Part shown: positions 31,221-39,527 of the stretch, in pieces
Numbering within the stretch: position 1 is the stretch's first letter
Layout: each line of letters opens with the position of its first letter
NCBI GenBank assembly: GCA_905233945.1
Contig: CAJOFY010000005.1
Span: 14,698 to 78,697, forward strand
DNA: 64,000 nt
From: an uncultured bacterium
Lineage (GTDB): Bacteria; UBP6; UBA1177
Direction: 5' to 3'
The notes under the pieces: generated by a model
Database searches by the model: none
What the model saw: only the letters and a program-made list of their open reading frames with translations
Told to the model about the DNA's origin: nothing
Program-made: the position numbers and the translations under genes

Positions 31221-31690
31221 AAAAGCCCGAAAAAACCAATGTCATGCGTGTTCTGGAGAGCAAAAAAATCTCCTACACCGCGCATGAATACGAGCCTGAC
31301 GCCACTTTGACAGGCGTTCAGATCGCCGCGATCTTAGGCGAAGATACGTCCAATGTTTTCAAAACGCTCGTCACCCAGGGAAAAAGCGGCCAGCACTATG
31401 TTTTTGTGATCCCCGTCCATGCCGAGCTTGACCTCAAAAAAGCGGCGAAAGCATCAGGCGAAAAATCGATCGAAATGATAAAACAGAAAGAGCTTCTGCC
31501 GCTCACCGGCTATATCCACGGCGGCTGCTCGCCTATCGGAATGAAAAAACAGTTCCCGACATTCCTGCACATAACCGCGGAAAATCTCGAAAAAATCTAT
31601 GTCAGCGCAGGAAAAGTCGGCTTTCAGGTCGAGCTTTCGCCCAAAGACCTCATCAGTGTCAGCCGCTGCACGCCGGCGGATATCGTGTGA
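31217..31690 (+). CDS. ybaK: Cys-tRNA(Pro)/Cys-tRNA(Cys) deacylase YbaK
   Basis: KTLV...GK, GYIHGGCSPIG motifs; start at MKKPEK preferred over 31184. Confidence 0.7.
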   Translation: MKKPEKTNVMRVLESKKISYTAHEYEPDATLTGVQIAAILGEDTSNVFKTLVTQGKSGQHYVFVIPVHAELDLKKAAKASGEKSIEMIKQKELLPLTGYIHGGCSPIGMKKQFPTFLHITAENLEKIYVSAGKVGFQVELSPKDLISVSRCTPADIV

Positions 31691-31808
31691 AGTTTTCACA
31701 AAATTCCGGCTGTTTTTGACAGATTTTTCACAAAATTCCAGAATTTCAATTACATCATTTTCCGAAAAATGAGGTAGTTAACTTGATTTATGAGGCGGTT
31801 GAAACGGA

Positions 31809-31883
31809 TTTTTCGTCCAAAAAAATTGATTTTCGTCCAAAAATCGACAAAATTGGACGAAAAATGTATACGTTGGACGAAAA
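31809..31883. repeat. Palindromic repeat cluster: 2 direct TTTTCGTCCAA + 2 inverted TTGGACGAAAA copies upstream of fic
   Basis: Direct reading; copies at 31810, 31831 (direct) and 31853, 31873 (inverted), ~21-bp phasing; overlaps fic promoter/RBS region. Confidence 0.8.
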
Positions 31884-31894
31884 CGGAGGAGTTT

Positions 31895-32953
31895 ATGAGA
31901 AATTTTGATTACAGCCAACTGTCAGAAAAAAAATGGAACTCGGATATTTTGAATCTTGTTGCCAAAATACACGAATGCAAGGGAAAGCAGGATCTGTTTA
32001 TCCGTCAGAAACCGGTGGAACTTAACCGTCTGGTGGAAATCGCCAAAATACAAAGCACGGAAGCGTCCAATAAAATCGAGGGGATCGTCACGACAAGCAC
32101 CCGTATGAAACAGCTGTTTGAAGAAAAAACTACTCCGCGAAACCGCGACGAAGACGAAATTATGGGATACCGCGATGTTTTGAACACGATCCACGAAAGC
32201 AACGAGCATATTCCGGTGCGTCCTTCCTATATTCTTCAGCTTCACCGTGATCTGTTGAAAAGAGCGGGATTTTCTTTCGGAGGACACTTTAAAAATGTCC
32301 AGAATTATATCAACGAGATGAGACCGGACGGCACTGTCGTCACCAGATTCACTCCGATTGCGCCTTATGATACGCCGGAGGCGGTCGAAAAACTGTGCAA
32401 CGCATACGAACAGGCAATCGCAAATGAAAAAATAGATTCCCTGATTCTGATTCCGGTCTTCATCTGCGATTTTCTATGCATCCACCCGTTCAATGACGGC
32501 AACGGCAGAATGAGCCGACTTCTCACTCTGCTTCTTCTCTATAAATGCGGTTACAATGTAGGAAAATACATAAGTATCGAAAAACAGATAGAAAAGACAA
32601 AGGATTTGTATTATGACGCGCTTGAGGAAGCTGACAAAGAGTGGCATGAAAACAAAAATGATCCGACACCGTTCATAAAATATATGCTTCAGGTGATTTT
32701 AGCCTGCTACATCGAGTTTGAAGACCGTGTCGGAATGATGCGCGGCAGCAGTACAAGCAAAGCTTATGACATCGTCAGACAGTATGTTGAAGAAAAAATC
32801 GGGAAATTTACAGGTGCGGATGTTGTTTCGCACTGCCCGGGCATAAGCAGATCGTCAGCTCTTGCAGCTTTGAAGAAACTTACGGAAGAAGGTTTTGTTA
32901 TCCGGGAAGGTATAGGCAAAAGTACATTTTATGTCCGTGCTGACAGTAAATGA
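31895..32953 (+). CDS. fic: Fic-family protein (AMPylator/Doc-like) with C-terminal winged-helix domain
   Basis: HPFNDGNGRMSR Fic motif; C-terminal wHTH-like segment; start at MRNFDY (RBS GGAGGAG) preferred over 31790. Confidence 0.8.
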   Translation: MRNFDYSQLSEKKWNSDILNLVAKIHECKGKQDLFIRQKPVELNRLVEIAKIQSTEASNKIEGIVTTSTRMKQLFEEKTTPRNRDEDEIMGYRDVLNTIHESNEHIPVRPSYILQLHRDLLKRAGFSFGGHFKNVQNYINEMRPDGTVVTRFTPIAPYDTPEAVEKLCNAYEQAIANEKIDSLILIPVFICDFLCIHPFNDGNGRMSRLLTLLLLYKCGYNVGKYISIEKQIEKTKDLYYDALEEADKEWHENKNDPTPFIKYMLQVILACYIEFEDRVGMMRGSSTSKAYDIVRQYVEEKIGKFTGADVVSHCPGISRSSALAALKKLTEEGFVIREGIGKSTFYVRADSK

Positions 32954-33007
32954 TTTTCGTCCAAAAATCGATAAAATCGGACGAAAAACAGAGCAGTTGG
33001 ATGAAAA
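32954..33007. repeat. Second copy of TTTTCGTCCAA...(T/C)GGA(C/T)GAAAA palindromic repeat set downstream of fic
   Basis: TTTTCGTCCAA at 32954, TCGGACGAAAAA at 32976, TTGGATGAAAAG at 32996. Confidence 0.75.
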
Positions 33008-33040
33008 GTCATTTTTCTATGACAAAATAGAGCTATTGTG

Positions 33041-33068
33041 TTGACAATAAACGAATATTGTGTATATT
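33041..33068 (+). promoter_or_regulatory. Sigma70-like promoter TTGACA-N16-TATATT for dinJ-yafQ
   Basis: Consensus -35 and near-consensus -10, ~25 nt upstream of ATG 33093. Confidence 0.5.
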
Positions 33069-33092
33069 CTAACCGAAAAACGGAGGTAAAAA

Positions 33093-33365
33093 ATGACTGC
33101 AACAAATTTAAACATCAGGACTGACAAAGCCGTAAAGGAAGAAGCTGACAGGATTTTTTCCGAACTCGGACTTAACATGACAACCGCAATCAACATGTTT
33201 CTGCGGACAACAATCCGTGAACACGGGATCCCGTTCGCGCTGAAGCTGAACGAACCGAACGATGTTACAGTAGCCGCTATCGAGGAAGGCAGACGCATCG
33301 CAGCCGACAGCAGCGTTAAAGGCTATTCCAGCATGGATGAACTGAGAGCGGCATTGGAAGCATGA
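33093..33365 (+). CDS. dinJ: DinJ/RelB-family antitoxin
   Basis: NIRTDKAVKEEADRIFSELGLNMTTAINMFLR ribbon-helix-helix antitoxin signature. Confidence 0.75.
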   Translation: MTATNLNIRTDKAVKEEADRIFSELGLNMTTAINMFLRTTIREHGIPFALKLNEPNDVTVAAIEEGRRIAADSSVKGYSSMDELRAALEA

Positions 33366-33640
33366 AATACGAAGTCAAATTCACGAACCAGTTCAAGAAA
33401 GATCTGAAACTGGCGAAAAAACAGAACAGGAATTTGGATAAACTCTTCGAAGTCGTGAATATTCTTGCCGAAGGCGGCACACTTGATGCGAAATACCGTT
33501 ACCACGAACTTTCAGGCAACTACAAAGGAACACGGGAGTGCCACATCGAACCTGACTGGCTTTTGATATACGAAATCCAAAACGAAGTTCTCGTTCTTGT
33601 CCTTTATCGCGCAGGGACACATTCGGAGCTGTTCAAGTAA
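33362..33640 (+). CDS. yafQ: YafQ-family type II toxin (RelE/ParE superfamily mRNA interferase)
   Basis: Overlaps dinJ (ATGA); YHELSGNYKGTRECHIEPDWLLIY motif. Confidence 0.75.
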   Translation: MKYEVKFTNQFKKDLKLAKKQNRNLDKLFEVVNILAEGGTLDAKYRYHELSGNYKGTRECHIEPDWLLIYEIQNEVLVLVLYRAGTHSELFK

Positions 33641-33680
33641 ATGGACTTGCGGCAAAAATACAAAGTAGCAGGAGAAAAAC

Positions 33681-34340
33681 ATGACAAACAGACAAACACC
33701 CAGTCCTGACGAGGCTTTCCCGAATCCGAAGATTCCAAGTCTCTGCTATATCAAGAATGTTGTGAAAAATCCGAATGTCATTGTCGGGGATTTTACTTAT
33801 TACGACGATGTGAACGGTGCTGCCCAGTTCGAGAAACATGTCACGCATCACTACGATTTTATCGGCGACAAACTGATCATCGGCAAGTTCTGCGCCATAG
33901 CAAAGGGTGTCGAGTTTGTGATGAACGGTGCCAACCACAGAATGGGCTGCGTGACCACCTATCCGTTTTACATAATGGGCGGAAAGTGGGGGAACGCGCT
34001 TGCGCCGGTAACGGAAGAACTGCCGCTCAAAGGCGACACTGTCGTCGGAAATGATGTCTGGATCGGCCAGAATGCAACGGTGATGCCGGGTGTTCATATA
34101 GGTGACGGAGCGATTATCGGAGCAAATTCGGTCGTGGCTTCGGATATTCCGCCTTACACTGTTGCAGCAGGCAACCCGTGCCGGGTCGTAAAGAAACGCT
34201 TTGACGACGAGCTGACTGAACTGCTGCTTGAGTTCAAATGGTGGGATAAAAGCATAGAGGAAATAGATGATCTTATGCCTCTGCTTTCCTGCGGCGATCT
34301 GGAAAAGGTCAGAAACGAGCTGAAGGCAAGAATGAAATGA
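33681..34340 (+). CDS. Vat-family xenobiotic/streptogramin A O-acetyltransferase (hexapeptide-repeat)
   Basis: MNGANHRMGCVTTYPF motif and left-handed beta-helix hexapeptide repeats; 219 aa as for Vat/SatA. Confidence 0.65.
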   Translation: MTNRQTPSPDEAFPNPKIPSLCYIKNVVKNPNVIVGDFTYYDDVNGAAQFEKHVTHHYDFIGDKLIIGKFCAIAKGVEFVMNGANHRMGCVTTYPFYIMGGKWGNALAPVTEELPLKGDTVVGNDVWIGQNATVMPGVHIGDGAIIGANSVVASDIPPYTVAAGNPCRVVKKRFDDELTELLLEFKWWDKSIEEIDDLMPLLSCGDLEKVRNELKARMK

Positions 34341-35104
34341 ACCAGTCAGATATTCTGAAAATAGCGATGGCGCAGTCGGCGATAGACTGCTCATGCAGGC
34401 CTGTTGATTTTTTGAGTGATAAAAATGTTGTGGTTGAGTCTTTTCCTGCCAAGGCGGTGCGCCGCTATCTGAAGCTGCCGCATATCTGCGATATCGTTTC
34501 ATACGGTTCGAACGCGGTCGTTTCCTGCAAAAAGGAATTGATGCACGATCTTGAAAATTTCGTCAATACTACGCCTCTCTTTGCCTGTTTCGAGACTCCG
34601 GCAATCTATAAACTGAACGGTATTCTCGAGCCTTTTGACGCGAAAGTCTGCTTTATGGCTGAATATTTTCTTCCCGATATCGAGAAGATCTTTGTAACGG
34701 AACTGCCATGCCAGTTTGAAACGCGGATCCTGCACAAAGAGGATTTTTCGGAACTTTATCTTCCGCAATGGAGTAACGCTCTGTGCAAAGACCGGAAACA
34801 TCTTGATGTTCTTGCTGTCGGAGCTTACGACGGCGGCAGACTTATCGGTCTGGCGGGCTGTTCCGCCGACTGCGACACGATGTGGCAGATAGGGATCGAT
34901 GTTCTGCCCAAGTACAGAAACCGCGGGATCGGTTCCGCGCTCACAAATCAACTGGCGAGAGCCGCTTTTGAAGAGGGTAAAGTGCCTTTTTACTGCGCCG
35001 CATGGTCGAATCTGGGCTCGGTCAGAACCGCGATCCGCAGCGGATTCATTCCAGGCTGGGTCGAAGTGAGCGCAAAAAGCAACGGGTTTATACAGCAACG
35101 GTAA
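34337..35104 (+). CDS. GNAT-family N-acetyltransferase
   Basis: C-terminal GIDVLPKYRNRGIGSALTNQLA acetyl-CoA binding motif; ATGA overlap with upstream gene. Confidence 0.5.
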   Translation: MNQSDILKIAMAQSAIDCSCRPVDFLSDKNVVVESFPAKAVRRYLKLPHICDIVSYGSNAVVSCKKELMHDLENFVNTTPLFACFETPAIYKLNGILEPFDAKVCFMAEYFLPDIEKIFVTELPCQFETRILHKEDFSELYLPQWSNALCKDRKHLDVLAVGAYDGGRLIGLAGCSADCDTMWQIGIDVLPKYRNRGIGSALTNQLARAAFEEGKVPFYCAAWSNLGSVRTAIRSGFIPGWVEVSAKSNGFIQQR

Positions 35105-35160
35105 ATCTTGTTTTTTTTAGCGATTTTCCTTAAAGTTTCGCGTTTTTTGCAGGTGGTTTA

Positions 35161-35883
35161 ATGCAAACTCTTGTTTATATCGCAAATACTGAATCTCTGA
35201 AGGAAAACGGGCTTTACAATGCTGCCTTTGACGCCGTCTCGGCAGAGCGCAAAGATAAAGTTCTCCGTTACCGTTTTCTGAAGGACAGAGTGCTTTCGCT
35301 GGGTGCCGAGGTGCTTTTGAGAAAGGCTTTAAGGGAATGCGGGATTGAAATTCCGGAAATTCATTACGGTTTTGAAATAAACGGAAAGCCTTTTCTCAAA
35401 GGGGTCGAAGGATTTGATTTCAATATTTCGCATTCCGAAGATTTTGTAATGGTCGCCCTTTCCGGGAACGAGACCGGCTGCGACATCGAGAAAATCACTG
35501 AGATCGATCTTGAAATTGCAAAAAAATTCTTTTTCCGTGAAGAGTATGAAAATATCGCGGTTCTTCCGGCTTCAGAAGAAAGGAACGAACTTTTTTTCCG
35601 CTACTGGACGCTGAAAGAGAGTTTTATGAAGGCGACGGGGCTCGGAATGAGGCTTCCGCTCGACTCGTTCCAAATACTTATCGGTAATGACGGAAAAACC
35701 GGTGTGCGGCAGAGCGTTGATACAAAAAATTACAATTTCACCGAAATCGATGCTTTTCCGGGATATAAATGTGCCGTCTGCACGGCAGGAAATGCAGCAG
35801 AAACTGATGTGAAAATAGTGGATTTCAGAGAAATTTTAAATGGAGGAAACAATGGCGGTACAGAAGATCACAAAGGGAACTGA
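35161..35883 (+). CDS. 4'-phosphopantetheinyl transferase, Sfp type
   Basis: FNISHS, GCDIE, WTLKESFMKATG motifs. Confidence 0.75.
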   Translation: MQTLVYIANTESLKENGLYNAAFDAVSAERKDKVLRYRFLKDRVLSLGAEVLLRKALRECGIEIPEIHYGFEINGKPFLKGVEGFDFNISHSEDFVMVALSGNETGCDIEKITEIDLEIAKKFFFREEYENIAVLPASEERNELFFRYWTLKESFMKATGLGMRLPLDSFQILIGNDGKTGVRQSVDTKNYNFTEIDAFPGYKCAVCTAGNAAETDVKIVDFREILNGGNNGGTEDHKGN

Positions 35884-36145
35884 AGTAACTTTGAAAGTCG
35901 ACGGCTGGCTTGACACGCAGTCCTCGCCGGAACTCGAAAAGGCTGTTTCAGAGCTTGAAAGCAATGTCGGATCACTTGTTCTTGACCTTGAAAAACTTGA
36001 ATACATCTCCTCCGCAGGGCTTCGCCAGATAGTCGCTGCGCACAAAAAGATGAACGGAAAACTCACTCTCAGGCATGTTCAACCCGACATTATGAGCGTG
36101 CTCAGCATGGCAGGATTTGACAAAAGACTCCATATCGAAGCATGA
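35852..36145 (+). CDS. STAS-domain anti-sigma-factor antagonist (SpoIIAA/RsbV-like)
   Basis: STAS fold pattern with conserved phosphorylatable Ser (YISSAGLRQI); start at MAVQK after GGAGGA. Confidence 0.65.
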   Translation: MAVQKITKGTEVTLKVDGWLDTQSSPELEKAVSELESNVGSLVLDLEKLEYISSAGLRQIVAAHKKMNGKLTLRHVQPDIMSVLSMAGFDKRLHIEA

Positions 36146-38091
36146 AACACTCCATCCAGAAAGAGATAATCGTAGTACTTGCGCTGGAGCTGATCGCGGT
36201 CATTGCCGCATGCGCACTCGTCACCTACCGCAATTTCTATTCGTCGGCACTCAAAACTTCCCGCGACGATTCCAGAAACGCGGCAAAGGCTGCCGGAACA
36301 ATAATCTCGGAATACGGACTTGATGCCGTGACTGATCCGGAGAACAAAGAACTTTACGGCAAAATACGCCGCAGACTGAGAGCGATATGCAAAGCTTTCG
36401 AACTTGATTATCTTTACATCTACACGATCGAAGGAAACGACGAGTGTCACTACATCATGGCCGTTGCCTCAAAAGACGAAAATGACCGCATCGCGGCGGA
36501 ACGGCTGGGGCTCGGCACGATAAGAGACTGTCATCCGCTCCATGCTCAGGAACAGGCTGCGATAAAGGGGGAAATAAGCGACGAACTCTTGATCCTCAGA
36601 AACGAATTCGGCGGGGATATGACCTGGATAGTCCCGTTTTTCGATAATAACGGCAAAGCCAGGGCTTTGATCGGCGCTGATGATGCTCTATATCTGTACA
36701 ATGCAGGGATCACCAGACATTTCTTTGTGGCACTGATCCCGATCTCGCTGCTCATCTTTATCGCCCACATGGTGCTTTTCTTTATAATCCACCGCAGGAT
36801 AGTGACCCCCGTGAAAACAATCGCAAACCGTATGCGGACTTTCGATCCGTCGCATGAGGAAGAACCTTTGCAGGTAAATTCGCAGGACGAGATGAGATCC
36901 ATTGCCGAAGCTTTTGAAAAAATGTCGCACGACATTCACCTCTACATCGAAAACATAGCTTCAATCACCTCGGAGCGCGAGCAGTCCAGAGCACAGCTTG
37001 ATGTTGCAAGGAAAATACAGTACGGCATGGTTCCAGCTTCCTTCAGTGAAAACAGAAACGGTGTCGATGTTTCCGCACTGATGCAGCCGGCAAAAGAGGT
37101 CGGCGGTGATTTTTACGACGCTTTTACCCTCGAAAACGGCAACTACTGCGCTCTGATCGGCGATGTTTCAGGCAAAGGAGTCGGCGGCGCACTGTTCATG
37201 GCACTTACGAAGTCGATACTTCGCGACAGAATGAAACAGATCATGGATCCAGCGGCAGTTCTCAACAAAGTCAACGACGATCTCTGCGCCCAGAATCCGG
37301 AAGGGATGTTCGCAACTGTCTTCGTGCTTGTGATCGATCCGAAAACGGGAGTCGTCACCTATGCCAACGCCGGTCACAATGCGCCCCTGCTGATATCGGG
37401 CGGCGAAGTCTCGTTTCTGAATCCAGAACCCGGGATCGCGCTCGGTCTTTTTGAAGACGCAGGCATCAGAAACGGAAATCTGACTTTGAAAAAAGGCGAA
37501 GGATTCCTGCTTTATACCGACGGAGTGACCGAAGCCGTGAACACGGAAAAAGCTTTCTACGGCGCGGAAAGACTTCTTTCTCTTTTGAAGAATAACACTC
37601 CGAAAGAGAGTTCTGCTGCTGTAAACGCTGTCAAAAACTCGGTTGAGGAGTTTTTCACCGGCTGCGATCAGTTCGACGACATAACCGTTCTTTCGCTTTT
37701 CTTCCGCAGCGGAGAAACGGTCTGTGAACTCAAGCCTGCACTCGAAGATTTCAGGATCGTGAAACAGACTGTAACGGAGAAATGTCCCGGCAGTCCCAAC
37801 GCTAAAAAAGCACTTCTTGCGTGCGAAGAAGCATTCGTGAATATAGTCAGCTATTCCGGCGCATCATACATTAAATTCTCGTGTTCAGCAGGCGGCGGCA
37901 TTCTCACCGTCACCCTGAAGGATAACGGCATTCGCTTCGACCCCTTTGCCGGCGAAAGTTCCGCAGAAAAGGATTTCGAATCTTTCGACAAAGGCGGCAT
38001 GGGTATCAGCCTGATAAAGCAGATAGCCGAAAAAACCGAGTGGAGATTCGAAAACGGAAACAATGTTCTGACATTGACTTTCAAGATATAA
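36142..38091 (+). CDS. Membrane sensor protein with fused PP2C/SpoIIE-type phosphatase and C-terminal HATPase_c (RsbW/SpoIIAB-like kinase) domain
   Basis: Two TM segments bracketing ~170-aa extracytoplasmic domain; PP2C motifs GGDFYD, IGDVSGKGVGGAL, YTDGVTEA; C-terminal GGMGISLIKQIAEKTEW ATP-lid; ATGA overlap with STAS gene. Confidence 0.65.
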   Translation: MKHSIQKEIIVVLALELIAVIAACALVTYRNFYSSALKTSRDDSRNAAKAAGTIISEYGLDAVTDPENKELYGKIRRRLRAICKAFELDYLYIYTIEGNDECHYIMAVASKDENDRIAAERLGLGTIRDCHPLHAQEQAAIKGEISDELLILRNEFGGDMTWIVPFFDNNGKARALIGADDALYLYNAGITRHFFVALIPISLLIFIAHMVLFFIIHRRIVTPVKTIANRMRTFDPSHEEEPLQVNSQDEMRSIAEAFEKMSHDIHLYIENIASITSEREQSRAQLDVARKIQYGMVPASFSENRNGVDVSALMQPAKEVGGDFYDAFTLENGNYCALIGDVSGKGVGGALFMALTKSILRDRMKQIMDPAAVLNKVNDDLCAQNPEGMFATVFVLVIDPKTGVVTYANAGHNAPLLISGGEVSFLNPEPGIALGLFEDAGIRNGNLTLKKGEGFLLYTDGVTEAVNTEKAFYGAERLLSLLKNNTPKESSAAVNAVKNSVEEFFTGCDQFDDITVLSLFFRSGETVCELKPALEDFRIVKQTVTEKCPGSPNAKKALLACEEAFVNIVSYSGASYIKFSCSAGGGILTVTLKDNGIRFDPFAGESSAEKDFESFDKGGMGISLIKQIAEKTEWRFENGNNVLTLTFKI

Positions 38092-38292
38092 GATAAGACC
38101 TCATCCCTGACCCTTCTCCAGTGTGGCGAAGGGAACCTTATCTTGGCTCCCACTTCTCGCCTCTCACTCAGGGAGAGGTGGCAGCCGAAGGCTGACGGAG
38201 AGGGCTTCCGTCATGTTGAGCAAAGCGAAACATCTCTGACCTTGAACGGAAACGGGAATTATTTTGGTGAGTTATCTTGCGGCGGTGTTGGC

Positions 38293-38318
38293 AATTGTGC
38301 AGAACATTCTGCACAATT
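38293..38318. repeat. Perfect 12-2-12 palindrome AATTGTGCAGAA-CA-TTCTGCACAATT
   Basis: Direct reading of sequence. Confidence 0.9.
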
Positions 38319-38374
38319 TAGTTACCTCGGAAATAATCGAACGAACTTCTTCAAATGATTTCTGAATCAAGATT

Positions 38375-38425
38375 TTCATTTATATTTCCTCGCAGCATTT
38401 ATGGTGGTCATTGTGGTTGGCTCCG
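38375..38425 (-). repeat. Conserved ~50-bp gene-leader repeat, copy 1 (minus strand ...CAATGACCACCATAAATGCTGCGAGGAAATATAAATG)
   Basis: Near-identical to copies at 39463 and 40555; contains SD GGAGGA/GAGGA and ATG of a minus-strand ORF (here only 32 codons). Confidence 0.8.
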
Positions 38426-38426
38426 T

Positions 38427-38729
38427 CTATTTTTTACATTCATTCGCTATTTCTGCCGCTATATTATTCAGCATAACACAATCATTGCGGCTGATATGCC
38501 GTTTGCTGGCATCATATTCCCATGGACTGAGGATAAGCAGCTCTCCTGCAGCACAAGCATCGAAGAGGTTATCCTGCGGTTTGTAATATTCACGAAAACC
38601 ATTGTCCGCCAAATATATGAACGGCAGTTTTTCTTTCAGCAGAACTTCCATCACCTGCCGCTCCTGCGGTGAAATGAACGGAGAGACCATAACGGTACCG
38701 TTGCGGGCGGTAACAACACATCCGTTCAT
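38427..38729 (-). CDS. Hypothetical protein / possible gene fragment downstream of RAYT
   Basis: No SD; in the same frame as upstream RAYT gene separated by one TAA and 10 codons. Confidence 0.3.
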   Translation of the reverse strand: MNGCVVTARNGTVMVSPFISPQERQVMEVLLKEKLPFIYLADNGFREYYKPQDNLFDACAAGELLILSPWEYDASKRHISRNDCVMLNNIAAEIANECKK

Positions 38730-38759
38730 GTAGTCACGAAGCTGTTGATTATCGCCACG

Positions 38760-39467
38760 TTAAGCAGCCTCGACCATTGTACGGCAGACATGCACTGGAG
38801 CAAAATGCCCAGCTTGCAGCAGTGACACATTGCCGACTCCGGAATAAGTTCTGCCGGCTATCTCTATGCCGGTTTGCACGCGGAAAAAGCCGGGACGCAG
38901 CCGTTTTGTGGCGAGACGCTGAGGATTCATCCTGATATAGCGGAACATTGTTTGCAGCTGTCCGCGGCGTGACAGCGGGCGGACAAAAGGCATTGCTGTG
39001 AAAACGGGATCCACATCTAACTTTTGTTTATCCCGAATACCATTCGGGTTATTTTCATTGTCATCATCATTTTGTCCATTACCTCGAATATTATTCGTGT
39101 GAATCGACAAACTATACTGTCGCCCGATTTTCTTTGCCCCTTGCCAGAAACCGCGCACAGCTGTCATAATGCCTTTTGGCATGGGCTGTGTAACATAGAG
39201 TATTGTGTGTAGATGATCCGGCATAAGGCAATATTGCAAAGTACGGATTTCAGGATGAAAATCGGAAATTTTGAACATAATACTGATTATTTGTTTTCCT
39301 AACTCTGTAGATTCCACTCTTGCTTGTGCAGGGTCATTTTCTGGAATAACAAGTGAGCCTAAGAGTGGCTCGCGGCTCGGAATCACCATCGTAACATGGT
39401 AAATACCGATTCCTTTCCATGCCGTGCCGGGCTTTTGCCAGTGCCATCTGTCAGGCTCATTTTCCAT
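38760..39467 (-). CDS. REP-associated tyrosine transposase-like (IS200-like Y1 HUH transposase, RAYT)
   Basis: IYHVT, PDHLHTIL (HuH) and RYIRMNPQR (catalytic Tyr) motifs; preceded by conserved leader repeat. Confidence 0.6.
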   Translation of the reverse strand: MENEPDRWHWQKPGTAWKGIGIYHVTMVIPSREPLLGSLVIPENDPAQARVESTELGKQIISIMFKISDFHPEIRTLQYCLMPDHLHTILYVTQPMPKGIMTAVRGFWQGAKKIGRQYSLSIHTNNIRGNGQNDDDNENNPNGIRDKQKLDVDPVFTAMPFVRPLSRRGQLQTMFRYIRMNPQRLATKRLRPGFFRVQTGIEIAGRTYSGVGNVSLLQAGHFAPVHVCRTMVEAA

Positions 39468-39512
39468 TTATATTTCCTCCAAGCATTTATGGTGGTCATT
39501 GGTTTTGCTCCG
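39463..39512 (-). repeat. Conserved gene-leader repeat, copy 2
   Basis: TTCCATTTATATTTCCTCCAAGCATTTATGGTGGTCATTGGTTTTGCTCCG. Confidence 0.8.
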
Positions 39513-39527
39513 TTTTCATCTCGTAAT

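Noticed and set aside
31790-31894. Longer Fic ORF starting at 31790 (MRRLKRIF...)
   Set aside because: The N-terminal extension is translated from the palindromic repeat DNA and is basic low-complexity. A strong SD (GGAGGAG) precedes ATG 31895.
38143-38358. 71-aa plus-strand ORF and 100-aa minus-strand ORF (37851..38153) in the structured boundary region
   Set aside because: Neither has an SD or a plausible composition. They overlap the hairpin/palindrome block and the 3' end of the phosphatase/kinase gene.
38092-38375. tRNA/tmRNA at the island boundary as integration target
   Set aside because: No cloverleaf with a T-loop GTTCGAATC-like motif or acceptor stem could be found by eye. The hairpins present do not fit tRNA geometry.
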